Under the pieces are notes generated by a model. The model saw only the letters and a program-made list of their open reading frames with translations, did no database searches and was not told where the DNA came from. From Rebecca billardiae RCC1528 (taxonomy: Eukaryota; Protista; Haptophyta), in assembly GCA_965240325.2 (NCBI GenBank), contig OZ251228.1, positions 62,001-126,000 of the forward strand: 64,000 nt of DNA. The letters run 5' to 3'. Within the stretch, counting starts at the first letter, position 1. Every line of letters starts with the position of its first letter. The position numbers and the translations under genes were made by a program. This document shows, piece after piece, positions 30,052-41,116 of the stretch.

Positions 30052-32082
30052 ATGGGCGTCTCGCTGGGCACGGTGCGCGTGCTCGGCGTGCTCCTCGCGC
30101 TCGCCGTCCTCGAGCTCGCCGTGCAGTACGCCCGCAGCCGCCCGGCCTCGGCGGAGCGGCGGGACGCGGCGGCGCCGCCGCGCGCGGCCGCCGCCGCGCT
30201 GCGGCCCGAGGGCGCGGCCGCGCCCGCGGCGCCCGCCGGCGCGGGCAGCCCGCTCACGCCGCTGCGCTTCGACGTGGTGCTGCAGACGGGCTGGGCCTCC
30301 GAGGCGCTGCGCGGCCGCATGCTCGTCGCGGCGATGCGGCAGCGCGCGGCGCAGATTGAGGCCACGCTCGGCTGCGCGACACGAGTCCGGCTGGTCGACC
30401 TGGTGGGCGACGGCAGCACGGCGGATCGGGTGCGGCGGTTCAACGCGTGGCAGGCCGAGCTCGTCTACGCCGACACGCCGCCGCACGCCGCCCTCTTCAT
30501 CAAGCGCGCGCCGTCCGTGCGCGCGCACTCCGCCTTCTGGCGCGCGTGCGCCGTGCTCGTGCTGGACCTCCTGGACGAGCTGCGCGAGATCGAGCGGCTG
30601 CGGCTGGAGGGGCGCGTGGACCTGCAGGAGTCGACGCCAGGGGCGCTGCTGCTCGTGCAGGCGCCGGGCACCGCGCGGATGCTCGCGCGCGCGCTGCACA
30701 CCACCTTCCACGACGAGCCGGGCACGGCCGTGCACCGCGTGGCGCTGCTGGGCCACCAGCACACCAACGTGCTGGGCTGGCGCGCGCGCTCGGCGGAGGA
30801 GGCGGCGGCGCGGGGCGTGCGCGTGGTGGGCGTGCTCGTCGGCGGGTGGCACAACCTGCCCGAGCGCGCCGAGCTCGCCGAGCTCGCCGCCGCCACGTGC
30901 AACGCGGGCGCCGCGCTGCTCCTCGTCTTCGAGAACGGCGCAGCCGGCAGCAGCAGCCGAGGCGCGCGCTACCTGTGCAGCGGGGAGCTGCTGCTGCCCG
31001 CCGACTGGCGGCACGCGCCGACCGACCGGAGGCCGGACGCGGGGGGCGCGCCGGGCGGCGGCGGCGGCGGCGCGCTCGTGAGCACGCGCTGGCGCGCGCC
31101 GGGCGCGCCGCCCTCGGCAGCGCCGTGCCCGGGCGACGCGGTGCTGCGCGCGCTGCCGCCGCTCAGCGCGCGCCCGCCGCACCCGCACCCGCCGCCGCGC
31201 GGCGCGGACGGCACACCCGCCGCCGCGCCCGCCCGGGCGGCGGGCGGCGCCGCCGGCGGGCACGGCGCGCCGCCCCTCGAGGACGTGCCCGGCCTCTTCA
31301 ACTTCTCCTCGCAGCGGCCGTTCCACGACGTGCCGTGGGTGGAGGCCGTGGACGTGGCGCTGCTCTGGCCGCCGCGGCTGCGGCGCAACGACAGCGCGCG
31401 CCACCGCCCGGCCACGCGGCTGCTGTGGTGGTGGACGCACGGCGTGCCCGCGCTCTTCTACCCGTACGAGAGCTACGTGGACGTCGCGCGCGCGCACGGG
31501 TACGTCCTGCCGCCAGCCGCGCGCGTGCCGAGCGCACGCGACCCGGCCGAGGTGGCGGCGCGGCTGCGCGAGCTCGGCGCGTCCGCTGCCGCTCGCGCCG
31601 CGCTCTGCCGCGCCGGCCTGCGGGCCGCGCGCGCGTACGACCCGGGGACGGTCGCGACGCGCCTGCTCGCCGCCGTGCACTCGCACACGGCGCGCGCGCG
31701 CGCGGCCGCGTACGCGTACCACGTCGAGGGCGCGCGCCAACGGGCCGCGCGCGGGGGCGCCGAGGGCGGCAGCGGCGACGACGGGCCGATGGCGCGCATC
31801 ACAGCGCGCGCGTGCGAGCGCCACCCGCCCGTGAGCGCGTGCCAGCCGTGGGCGGCGGCGTGGCTGCGAGGCGCGCCGGACGGCAGGGTGGCGCACGTCG
31901 TGCCGCAGATGTGGAACAGCTCGACGCCGCCGCCGCTCGAGTCCGGGCCCGATGGCGGCGACGAGTCCGACGGGGCGGGCGGCGGTGCGGCGGCAGCGGC
32001 CGAAGCGTTGGCGCGACAGCAGCGCGCGCGCTCAGGCTACGCAAAGCTGGCGCGGGAATTATTCTCGTCGCGAGGGTGGTGA
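30052..32082 (+). CDS. Type II membrane protein, possible GT-B glycosyltransferase
   Basis: N-terminal anchor VLGVLLALAVLELAV; VDVALLWP...RPATRLLWWWTHGVPALFYPYESY resembles a GT-B C-terminal segment. Confidence 0.55.
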   Translation: MGVSLGTVRVLGVLLALAVLELAVQYARSRPASAERRDAAAPPRAAAAALRPEGAAAPAAPAGAGSPLTPLRFDVVLQTGWASEALRGRMLVAAMRQRAAQIEATLGCATRVRLVDLVGDGSTADRVRRFNAWQAELVYADTPPHAALFIKRAPSVRAHSAFWRACAVLVLDLLDELREIERLRLEGRVDLQESTPGALLLVQAPGTARMLARALHTTFHDEPGTAVHRVALLGHQHTNVLGWRARSAEEAAARGVRVVGVLVGGWHNLPERAELAELAAATCNAGAALLLVFENGAAGSSSRGARYLCSGELLLPADWRHAPTDRRPDAGGAPGGGGGGALVSTRWRAPGAPPSAAPCPGDAVLRALPPLSARPPHPHPPPRGADGTPAAAPARAAGGAAGGHGAPPLEDVPGLFNFSSQRPFHDVPWVEAVDVALLWPPRLRRNDSARHRPATRLLWWWTHGVPALFYPYESYVDVARAHGYVLPPAARVPSARDPAEVAARLRELGASAAARAALCRAGLRAARAYDPGTVATRLLAAVHSHTARARAAAYAYHVEGARQRAARGGAEGGSGDDGPMARITARACERHPPVSACQPWAAAWLRGAPDGRVAHVVPQMWNSSTPPPLESGPDGGDESDGAGGGAAAAAEALARQQRARSGYAKLARELFSSRGW

Positions 32083-32306
32083 CGGCGCCCGCGGCCGCAG
32101 CCCCGCCATTGGCGCCGCCGGGGCCCGTGGGCGCGGGGCTAGCGCTGGCACTCTGCTGCTGCGCTCGCGGCGGTGTGCGCGATCCGGTCGTCCGAGCGCA
32201 CGCGCCACTACTCAGTACTCACTCATGTCAGTAGCAGTCGGTCGATCGTCATGCACTCAGCTGAAGTGCCATACTAGTTAGACGATACTATTACTAGCTG
32301 GCATAT

Positions 32307-34384
32307 ATGACCGCGTTCCGCGGTCTTTTTCCGTAGAACGAACGTAGTTCGGGGCCCGCGGCGCACCCTCCGTCGGCTGCTGTCTCAGTCTGACATGTGT
32401 AACAGTTCGCCTGAGCTGCCACCGCCAACTCAGTCACTGCCGCCCACCGGCACCGGGCCGGCGGGCCGAGGACTGTCGCCGCGGATCCGCGGGCCGCCGC
32501 GGGGACTAGCGGCCGGCGCGCGCGCGCAGGCAGGGCGAGAGGCGCTGGCGCGGCGCGAGCCGGCGCGTGCGCGCGAGCGGGCGCACCTGCTTGAGGTACT
32601 CGCCCTGCGCCATGCGCTCGACGACGGGCCGCTGGTCGCTCGTGCCGGCAGAGCGAGAGCGCGCGCCACTGCTGGCCCCGGCCTGCCGGCTGCGCAGCCT
32701 CGCACCGAGACCGACCGAGCGGAGCTCGGGGCGGTGGAACGAGGCGAGCGGCGCGTCGCGCCTGCCGCCGCGCGTGCGCGCCTGCTCCACCGCGCCGCCG
32801 TGCTCGCCCGCCGCCTCCTCCGCCGCGTCGGCCTCGAAGACGGCGGCTGCCAGCGGCAGGCTGAGCCGCGCGCCGGCTCACTCACACTGTGAGTCACACC
32901 CGCGGTCGCCTCGACAGCCAACTATCCACAGCTGCTCGAGCTGCTGGAGGGCGCCGCGACGATGGCGGCGCGGGCGCCCAGCGCGTCCGTTGCCGCGTCG
33001 CTCAGCTCGTCGAGCTCGGCGCCGCACTTCGCCAGCTTGGCGCCTAGCGCCTCCGCGTGTCACGTGCTCGTGCACGTCAGCCTGCTGATACGCCGCCGCC
33101 CATCGGCACTTCTGGCATCTGCGCGCGCAGCTGCTGCAGCTCGACGGCGGAGTCGTCGCGGCTGGCGGCGAGGGTGCGCACCGCGTCGATTGCCGAGGCC
33201 TGCAGCCCGGTGATCGCCGCGTCGACGCGCGCGGCGATTTCCCCACGCAGCCTCCTCGCGCCACGTGGCCGCCGCTCGCGTGGCAGGCAGCTGGGCGCCG
33301 CTGCGCGACCCGGAACCGGCGCGCGTTTCACTGATGCTCCTGCTCGTCCTCACGCTGCTGCACCTCCGCGCCGCCGTCGACCGAGTTGAGGAGGAGCTCG
33401 CGCTCGGCGTCGAGGCGCGAGCTCGCGTGCTCGAGCTCGCCCTTCAGCCGCGCGAGCTCCGGGCGCATCCGGCTCATCAGCTCTGCCGCGCTGCCCGCTC
33501 GCTCGCAGCGGCGCGCTCTGCTCCGGGCCGCCGTCGACTGAGTTGAGGAGGAGCTCGGGCTCGGCGTCGAGGCGCGAGCTCGCGTGCTCGAGCTCGCCCT
33601 TCAGCCGCGCGAGCTCCGGGCGCATCCGGCTCATCAGCTCTGCCGCGCCGGCTCGCTCGGCGGCGGCGGGCGGCGCGCTCTGCTCCGGTCGGCGAGCGAC
33701 GAGCTCGCGTGCTCCGGACTCGGCTCGCCCTTGCGCGCTGCTCCTCGAGTGACGAACGCGCCCGCGGGCAGGTTGTTGCCCGTCGCCCCCGCCGCGATCT
33801 CGCCGCCCCCGCCGCGATCTCGTCGCGCATGTGTCCGTGGCGCGCGCCTGCGAGGTGACAGGCGGGCCGCGAGCTCAGCCTCGGGGAGAGCGGAGCGAGG
33901 AGAGGGCGAGACGCGCGGCCTGCGAGGCGACGACAGGCGCGCTCGGGGAGAGCATTTTACCATTCACATTTACAAGTGATCAAGTTTCCCGTGCGCCTGC
34001 GAGGCGACAGGCGCGCTCGGGGAGAGCATTTTACTATTCACATTTACAAGTGATCAAGTTTCCCGAGCCCTTGCCTTGCCGTTTTTATCGGTTGGCGGTT
34101 GGCGGCAATCTCATACTTAAAATCGCGCTCGTAACGAACCGTTACACTAATGTCACGTCCAGCTGACGTCCAGATCGCACTTTACTTAAGGGAATCAGCT
34201 GGACGCGCTTATTTTCGGCCTAATAGACCTCTCTATGCGATCTCAAAAACTCGAAACTCGGTCTCCGCCAGCCCTAAAAATCGCCCCCCGTCCCTTTTTT
34301 CTTGATCAAAGATCTTTTTGAAACGTGGTTCGGGCCCGCTGGTGCGGGCTCCACGCTGCGCGCTCCGCCCTGCACCGCGGGCCA
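32307..34384 (-). mobile_element. Non-autonomous Helitron2/Helentron-like element, copy A
   Basis: Ends shared in inverted orientation with 49162-51475: ~150-bp 5' block and ~70-bp 3' block with subTIR and hairpin gaccgcg-gaa-cgcggtc. No TSD. Confidence 0.6.
32500..33830 (-). pseudogene. Fragmented coiled-coil gene remnant inside element A
   Basis: Helical-looking segments (ELARLKGELEHASSRLDAE; EIAARVDAAITGLQASAIDAVRTLA) broken by stops and frameshifts; ~115-bp internal duplication (33373-33490 / 33531-33648). Confidence 0.4.
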
Positions 34385-34427
34385 CAATTCGACGACGATC
34401 GATGTGATGAATACTTGCTGATGATGT

Positions 34428-34546
<119 letters not shown>

Positions 34547-34800
34547 CGGCGGCGGGGCATTTGACTCATACTTGTAACTGCCCGCCGGCCTGCTTAGCTG
34601 CTACCGTAGTGTGTAGTATAAGAATGATATCCGTGACACTGTCGGGCCGCGTGAACCGGGCCGCCCGTCGGCACGCCCGCCGCCCCGTGAACCGGAAGCG
34701 GCACGATGCGGCGGTCCCGCGGTCCGGACCATGGCCCCGGCGCGGACTCCTGCCGACGTCAGCGGACCGCAGCGCCGACAGCATATGACTGCCGAGGCTA

Positions 34801-36749
34801 CCAGGTCGTTCCCCGTGCACTGGGAATCCGCGGTTTCGCCCTATTCAGAGCGCGAGGCCGCGGCATAGCAACGCAGATTTAGTCTTCCGCTTCGTCTATC
34901 AGACCACTTGAACGATCTAATCGAGCTTTCCAATTGAAAATGACGAAACTAGATCCATCCATTGGAGAAGCCAAATCCCGAGCGCGGCAAAGCCGTGGAA
35001 CGCAGTAATCAGCCTCGTCAGCGATAGTCCGCTCACGAAATCGATGCGCTGGAAATGAGTTCTTCGTGTGCAACCTGGAGGCGGGAGCCCTCCGCCGCGG
35101 GTGCGGAGCACCGATTCTGACCCGCCCCCTGCGGCTGCGGCCGGGCACGAGTGCGATGCCGCTGGCCCCGGCTGGGGGGCGCGCCCGGGCCAGGGCACTG
35201 CGGGCGCGGATGTGCTCGCGGAGCCGGCGTGCGTGGACGGGCTGTTGCGGGAGAGTATCTGCCGCCCTCCTGCGCCGTGCGACTTGCGCCACGCCTCTTT
35301 CGCCTCGGCTCAGGGCAGCGCACACGCGCGCGCCGCCTCCGAAGGCCAGCCTTGCCTGCGCCGCAGCCGGTCGCGCGCGCGCCGTGCGCGGCGTGGTCGG
35401 GAAGGAACGGGGGGTGCTGCCGGGCGAGATGGCGACATCATGTGCGCACGCCATGCCGCCGCGCCACGCCTTGCCGAGCGTGTCGCCGGTCCGTTTGCAC
35501 GCCTCTTCCAGTTGTCACAAATGGTGTCAGGTGTGCCGCACGGCCTCGCGGTCGTGACCGCTGGGGGGCGCGCCCGGGCCAGGGCGCTGCGGGCGCGGAT
35601 GTGCTTGCGGAGCCGGCGTGCGTGGACGGGCTGTTGCGGGAGAGTATCTGCCGCCCTCCTGCGCCGCGCGACTTGCGCCACGCCTCTTTCGCCTCGGCTC
35701 AGGGCAGCGCGCACGCGCGCGCGCCGCCTCAAGGCCAGCCTTGCCTGCGCTGCAGCCGACCGCGCGCGCGCCGTGCGCGGCGTGGTCGGGAAGGAACGGG
35801 CACGGCTGCCGGGCGAGATGGCGATATCATGTGCGCACGCCATGCCGCCCCGCCACGCCTTGCCGAGCGTGTCGCCGGTCCGTTTGCACGCCTCTTCGAG
35901 TTGTCACAAATGGTGTGCACGCGGCCTCGCGGTCGTGACCGCCTTGTCGGGACGATCATTGAGACACAGAACAGTGCCAGACGGGCACGCGGGAAACTCT
36001 TACATGAATGTTCATCACTGCGTGGTCATGTAGAAGTGCTGGGTGCGACGCTTTCCTCGCGCGGATGCACTTTCATCATCTTCTTCGAGCTCAGGTCTGG
36101 CTTCAGGCACGACAAGAAAGCAGCACTCGTCAACAGCTGTGCGGATCCGTTATCGTGCCCTTTCGCGGCGCCGCGGGGCGGCATGGCGTGCGCACATGAT
36201 GTCGTCATCTCGCCCGGCAGCACCCCCCGTTCCTTCCCGACCACGCCGCGCACGGCGCGCGCGCGGTTGGCTGCGGCGCGGCAGTGCTCGGGCCTCGAGG
36301 CGGCGCGCGCGTGCGCGCTGCCCTGAGCCGCGGCGAAAAGAGGCGTGGCGCGAGACGCGCGGCGCAGGAGGGCGCCAGATACTCTCCCGCGACAGCCTGT
36401 CCACGCAAGCCGGCTCCGCGAGCACATCCGCGCCCGCAGCGCCGTGCGGCGTGCCCCGGGCGCGCCCCGCCAACGGCGCTCGGCCGCCTTGCCGCTGCCC
36501 GCCTGCCGCCGAGGGCAAAAGGTCAAGATTTGGTCGGCCCTCGCCTGCCGAGCCGCCACCGGGGGCTCCGCCCTGCCTTCTATCTCGTTGCGGCTCAATT
36601 TTGGGATTGCGAGACCAGCTCATCGATTGACGCACATCCGCACCCGCGAGACCTGAAAATCTTATTCGCGGGTAGCGACGGGTGCGTCCTGCGGCTGTTT
36701 TTCTCGTATGTCCAAACCGCGGATTCCCAGTGCAGGGGGAACGACCTGG
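34801..36749. mobile_element. Non-autonomous TIR element with TA TSD (Tc1/mariner-type)
   Basis: 36-bp TIRs 34801-34836 and 36714-36749 (1 mismatch), TA on both flanks. Internal ~389-bp tandem pair (35172-35941) and an inverted third copy (~36170-36465). Confidence 0.8.
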
Positions 36750-36895
36750 TAACCGGCGCGGTCCGGGGCGACCGGCACTGCGGGATGCTGCCACGACTGC
36801 GGCGTTACTACTCGTCGTCGTAACTAGTGGCAGTGCCGCAGTATAACGTTCTGAGTGGCAGCACCGCGGTCGTCTTCCGTGACCGTCACTAAGAC

Positions 36896-37485
36896 TTAGC
36901 ACTCTTCACAGACAGCAGCTCGCCGGCACCGGCGCGGGTGGCGGGCGGCGCCCTCGGCGGCTCCGGTCAGCGCGCTGCGACTCCCGTCGGCATCGCTCGC
37001 CGTGGTGGGCGCAGCAGCGGCGGCGTCGCGCGCGTCGTCCTCCCCGCCGGTCTGGTCGACAGCAGCGCCCCCGGCCCGGTCGGCGATGGGCGGGGCACCC
37101 CGTGCCTCAGCAGCAGCAGCAGCATGCTCAGTGCTGCCGCCGCATCCTGTGCCCGCGCTGGCAGCCCGCGCGCGCGGACCGGCCGACGGCGGGGCGGCCC
37201 TCGGCTGCGGCACGCGGAACGACGGCGGCGCGCTGTGCACCGCCGGCGGCCCCGGTGCGGGCGAGGCGCCGCGCCGCCCCTGCAGGCCGAGCACGCGGCG
37301 CGCGCACACAGGGCACGCGCGCACCCCCAGCCCGCACGCCCGGCACACGGCCTCGTGGCCGCAGGGCAGGAAGGTGACCTCGATGGGGCGGCTGAGGCAG
37401 GCGGCGCAGCACGGCTCGAGCGCAGCGGCGACAACCACGGCCAGATCGCGCGCCGACTCGCCGTCGCGAAGAAGCGCCGCCCCTT

Positions 37486-37518
<33 letters not shown>

Positions 37519-37717
37519 GGCTCGCGACGAGCAGGGGCTCGCACAGCGCGGGCGCATGGCGTGTGCGCGTGGCCGCGCGCCGTCTTCTCAGGACGACGGC
37601 GAGCCACACGACGAGTGCGAGCACCGGAACCGAGAGCGACGCGAGCACGCCCGCGGGCGGCAGGTACGCGTCGTCGGGCATGGGTCCATCCGCGGGCGGG
37701 CGGATGTCGTCCGCCAT
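36896..37717 (-). CDS. Membrane-anchored RING-HC E3 ubiquitin ligase
   Basis: TM VPVLALVVWLAVVL; CAACLSRPIEVTFLPCGHEAVCRACGLGVRACPVC. Confidence 0.82.
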
Positions 37718-37927
37718 CGTCGAGTCCGGTGGGCAGGCACCGGCGCATCTGCCGGCCACACCGCGCGCGGCCGGACTTTTAAGATCGCAAACGACGTCAA
37801 CGCGATCGGATGATGCGGTGGGCACGTGGGTCGTATTTCGTCATCGCGCCGAACGACCTGCGCGGGTAGCTTGCCCCGGTGGATCTCGCAGGCAGCGGCG
37901 TGCAGGCCACTGCGCGCGCGCTGGCGG

Positions 37928-38906
37928 ATGGCCGATGCGGAGTCCGCCGCGGCGGCGCGCCAGCCGCCGCCGGTCGTCCCGACCGACGGGATGGCGCGCT
38001 GCGTGATCAAGAACGCGCGCGAGGACGCGACCAGCCCCACGTGCACCCCGAGCAAGGTGCGCGCGCGCGCGGCGCCGCCGCGCGCGCGCAGCGGGCACAC
38101 CGGTGGCGCGCTCACACGCGGCCGCCCCGCGCGGTGCGGCACGCGCAGGCGGCGCGCACGGTGGAGCGCGCCGCGTCGCCCTTCGCGCTCGCCCACAGCG
38201 CGCCGCAGCCCGCCATCTTCCTCGGCGTGCCCGCCAGCGGCCCCGAGCTCGAGGCGTCCGCTGAGGGCGGTGCGTGCGCTGGCTGGCCTCTGCTCGGCCA
38301 CTGCGCGCGCGGCGGGAGCGCGAGCGCGAGCGCGGCGCTCGGCACGGACCCCGCGGCGTGGCGGTGTGAGCCGAGCGCGGCGTGCGTGGCGGACTGGTCG
38401 CACCCGTCCACGCTGAGCCTCGCCGGCTGCCCGCCCGCCGCCGAGCCGCGCGCGGCGCCCGCGCGCGCGCTCGGCAGCGCGCGCGGCGCGGACGCGGACG
38501 CGGGCGCGGACGCGGACGCGGAGGCGGAGGCGGAGGCGGAGGCGGGGTCGGCTCGCTCGGGCGCGAGCACGCCGCCGCCGGCGCTGATCGACGCGGAGTA
38601 CGGCGCGGCCGAGCTCATCGTGCCCGAGACGTTGCCGCGCCCCCCGCGCGCCTCGGCCGAGGCCGCGCGCTGGCCGCAGCCGCCCACCGCCGCCGCGCCG
38701 ACCGCCGCGGCCGTTGCGCACGCCATCGTGCTGCCGGCGAGCGGCGCTGCCGCCGGCGGCACCGTCGTCGGCGCGAGCGCGCCGATGGGCCCGTTCGCGC
38801 TCGGCGTGGCGGCCCCTGCCCCCGCGGGCGGCGCCGCCCTCGCCTCCTCCCCTCCGGCGCTCTGCGCGACACTGGCCGGCGCGTGCGCCGCGCTCGAGCC
38901 GGGGGC

Positions 38907-38958
<52 letters not shown>

Positions 38959-39953
38959 TGCTGCGTCGGCGACGTCGGGGACGAGGACCCCGAGCTGCAG
39001 GCGGCGCTGCTCGCGTCGATGCTGGGCGGGGACGGCGGCGGCGGCGCGTCGAGCGTGGGCGCCGAGAGCACCTCTGCCCTCACCGGCTCGCGCCCCACCG
39101 CCGCCGAGCTCTCAGCCTCAGCGAGCGGCCCATCGCTGTTTGACGGTTTTGAGCGGCCGCCGCTGGTCGGGGCGGCCGAGCCGCTGCACGCGCTGAGCGG
39201 GCCGAGGCTGCGCGCGCTCGAGCCCGCGCAGCGCGCGCTGGACGCGCTCGGCCGCGGCGGCGCCAAGCTGCTCCGCGTGCGCGGCGACGGGCACTGTCTG
39301 TTCCGCGCGTGCGGTGGCGCGCTCGCCCTCGCACTGCAGGGCATGGCTGCGCCCTGCGCAGCCGCCGCCGCCGCTGGCCTGGCGCGCGTGCTCGAGCCCG
39401 CGCACGCCCTCGCCGCCCTCGCGACGCAGCCGACGCCGACGCCGACGCCGGCGGCCGCGGCCGCGCCGCGCGCGGACGACGACGCGACGATGGGCGTCGC
39501 GCCCCCGCCCCCGCCGCCGCTCCTCGACGCGCTGCGCTCCGGCGCCGTAAGCGGCTGGAGCCGTGTGCAGGTGGTGGCCGCGCTCGCGGACGAGGCCGCG
39601 TCGGACGCCCTGGTGCTCGCGCTGCGCCGCGCGGCGTGCGCGCACATGCGCGCGCACGCCGCGAGCTTTGAGCAGCTCGAGGCCGGGCTGGCCGACGCTG
39701 GCGAGGGCGTGGGCTTCGCCGCCTACCTCCACGCCATGGAGCAGCTCACGCCCGAGGATGGCTGCCCGCGGTACGGCGGCGCGGTCGAGCTGCTGGCTCT
39801 GGCGGAGTGCGTGGGCACGTGCGTGGACGTGTACGACACGGCGCTGCTCAAGCTGAGCGCGCGCACGAGCCCGCCCGCGCGCGCGGCGGCGGCGCCGCCG
39901 CCCGCGCCCGCCGCGCAGCACCAGCCGCCCGCCGCCACCGGCTGGTGGCCGTT

Positions 39954-40028
<75 letters not shown>

Positions 40029-40434
40029 GGCGTGCGCGGACGCCCACCGCCCGCCGCCCGATGCCCAGCAGAGTCCGGGCGCTCCGAGTCCGGGCGCAGA
40101 GCTCCTCCAGGACTGGCAGGAGGTCGTGGAGCCGTCGTACCGCTTCTCGTGGGGCGAGCGCGAGGCTGGCGCGGGCGCGGACGAGCCGGCGCTCGACGGC
40201 TCGATCGTCGAGCAGCGCGCGGCGTGCCTCTCCGCGGGCGGCGCCAGTGGCAGCAGCCTCGCAGCCGAGTGCGCGGAGTGTGTGGACGACGACGACGCTT
40301 GGGTCAAGCTGGACCACAAGCCGACGCCGCCGCTGGCGGGCGTGCGGCTGAGCGTGCTGCGCACGGGGCTGCACTACCACATGCTGCTCGACGTGCCAGC
40401 CTCTGTGGGCCAGGCCGCGCCGGCTGCCGGGTGA
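37928..40434 (+). CDS. OTU-family deubiquitinase with UIM; one intron 38057-38148
   Basis: Phase-0 GT-AG intron joins MADAES... to the long ORF. UIM DEDPELQAALLASM; OTU motifs VRGDGHCLFRA, YGGAVELLALA, GLHYHML. Confidence 0.85.
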
Positions 40435-41116
40435 TAGATCGACATTCTGGCGGCTGCATGATGCCATTGCCATTGGCGCCGCACGGCGGACCGGTGTCGT
40501 CGATCCGACACCATTGTGATTGATGGCTGACGAGGCGCGCCGCGGGCCGCGCAGGCGCAGCCCGCGGTGCCGCAGTCGCCGGCAGTCGGCCCGAGTGGCG
40601 AGTCGGGCCGTGCTACTTACGAGTTCACGGAGCAGTCAGCGACAGCAGTGCCTGCGCGGCGCCGGCTGCCCCGGTCCGCGATATATATATTTAAATAATT
40701 AAAATAATATTATATATATATATAATTTATAGAGAGAGAGAGAGAGAGTGTGTCGTAATTTTATTGTCTCCGCGCAGCAGCCTAACTAGCCTGCTTGGTG
40801 ATGCCGATGTGTCTGCGTGCCGCTGCTGGCTGCGTTACTGACCCGGGGATGCGCGCAGCGCGTGCCCCGGCATAAGCCGCGCCCGTGCGGAGTGACGCTC
40901 GGGCCCGGAGCAGCACGGCGCAGCCGCACGGCGGCGCCGGCACGCGCGAGCGCCGCAGTTCGTCCCTGGCGCGTCCGAGCGCGCGCTGGGCGCAGGTGAG
41001 CCCCGCAGCCGCGCGCGCCGTGCTCGGCCGCCGGACGGAGCCGTCCGTCCGCCTGCCTGTCAGTGCCACTGAGGGGAGTCAGCCAGTCTGCCAGTCTGGC
41101 ACGCGCACGCTCGCGC

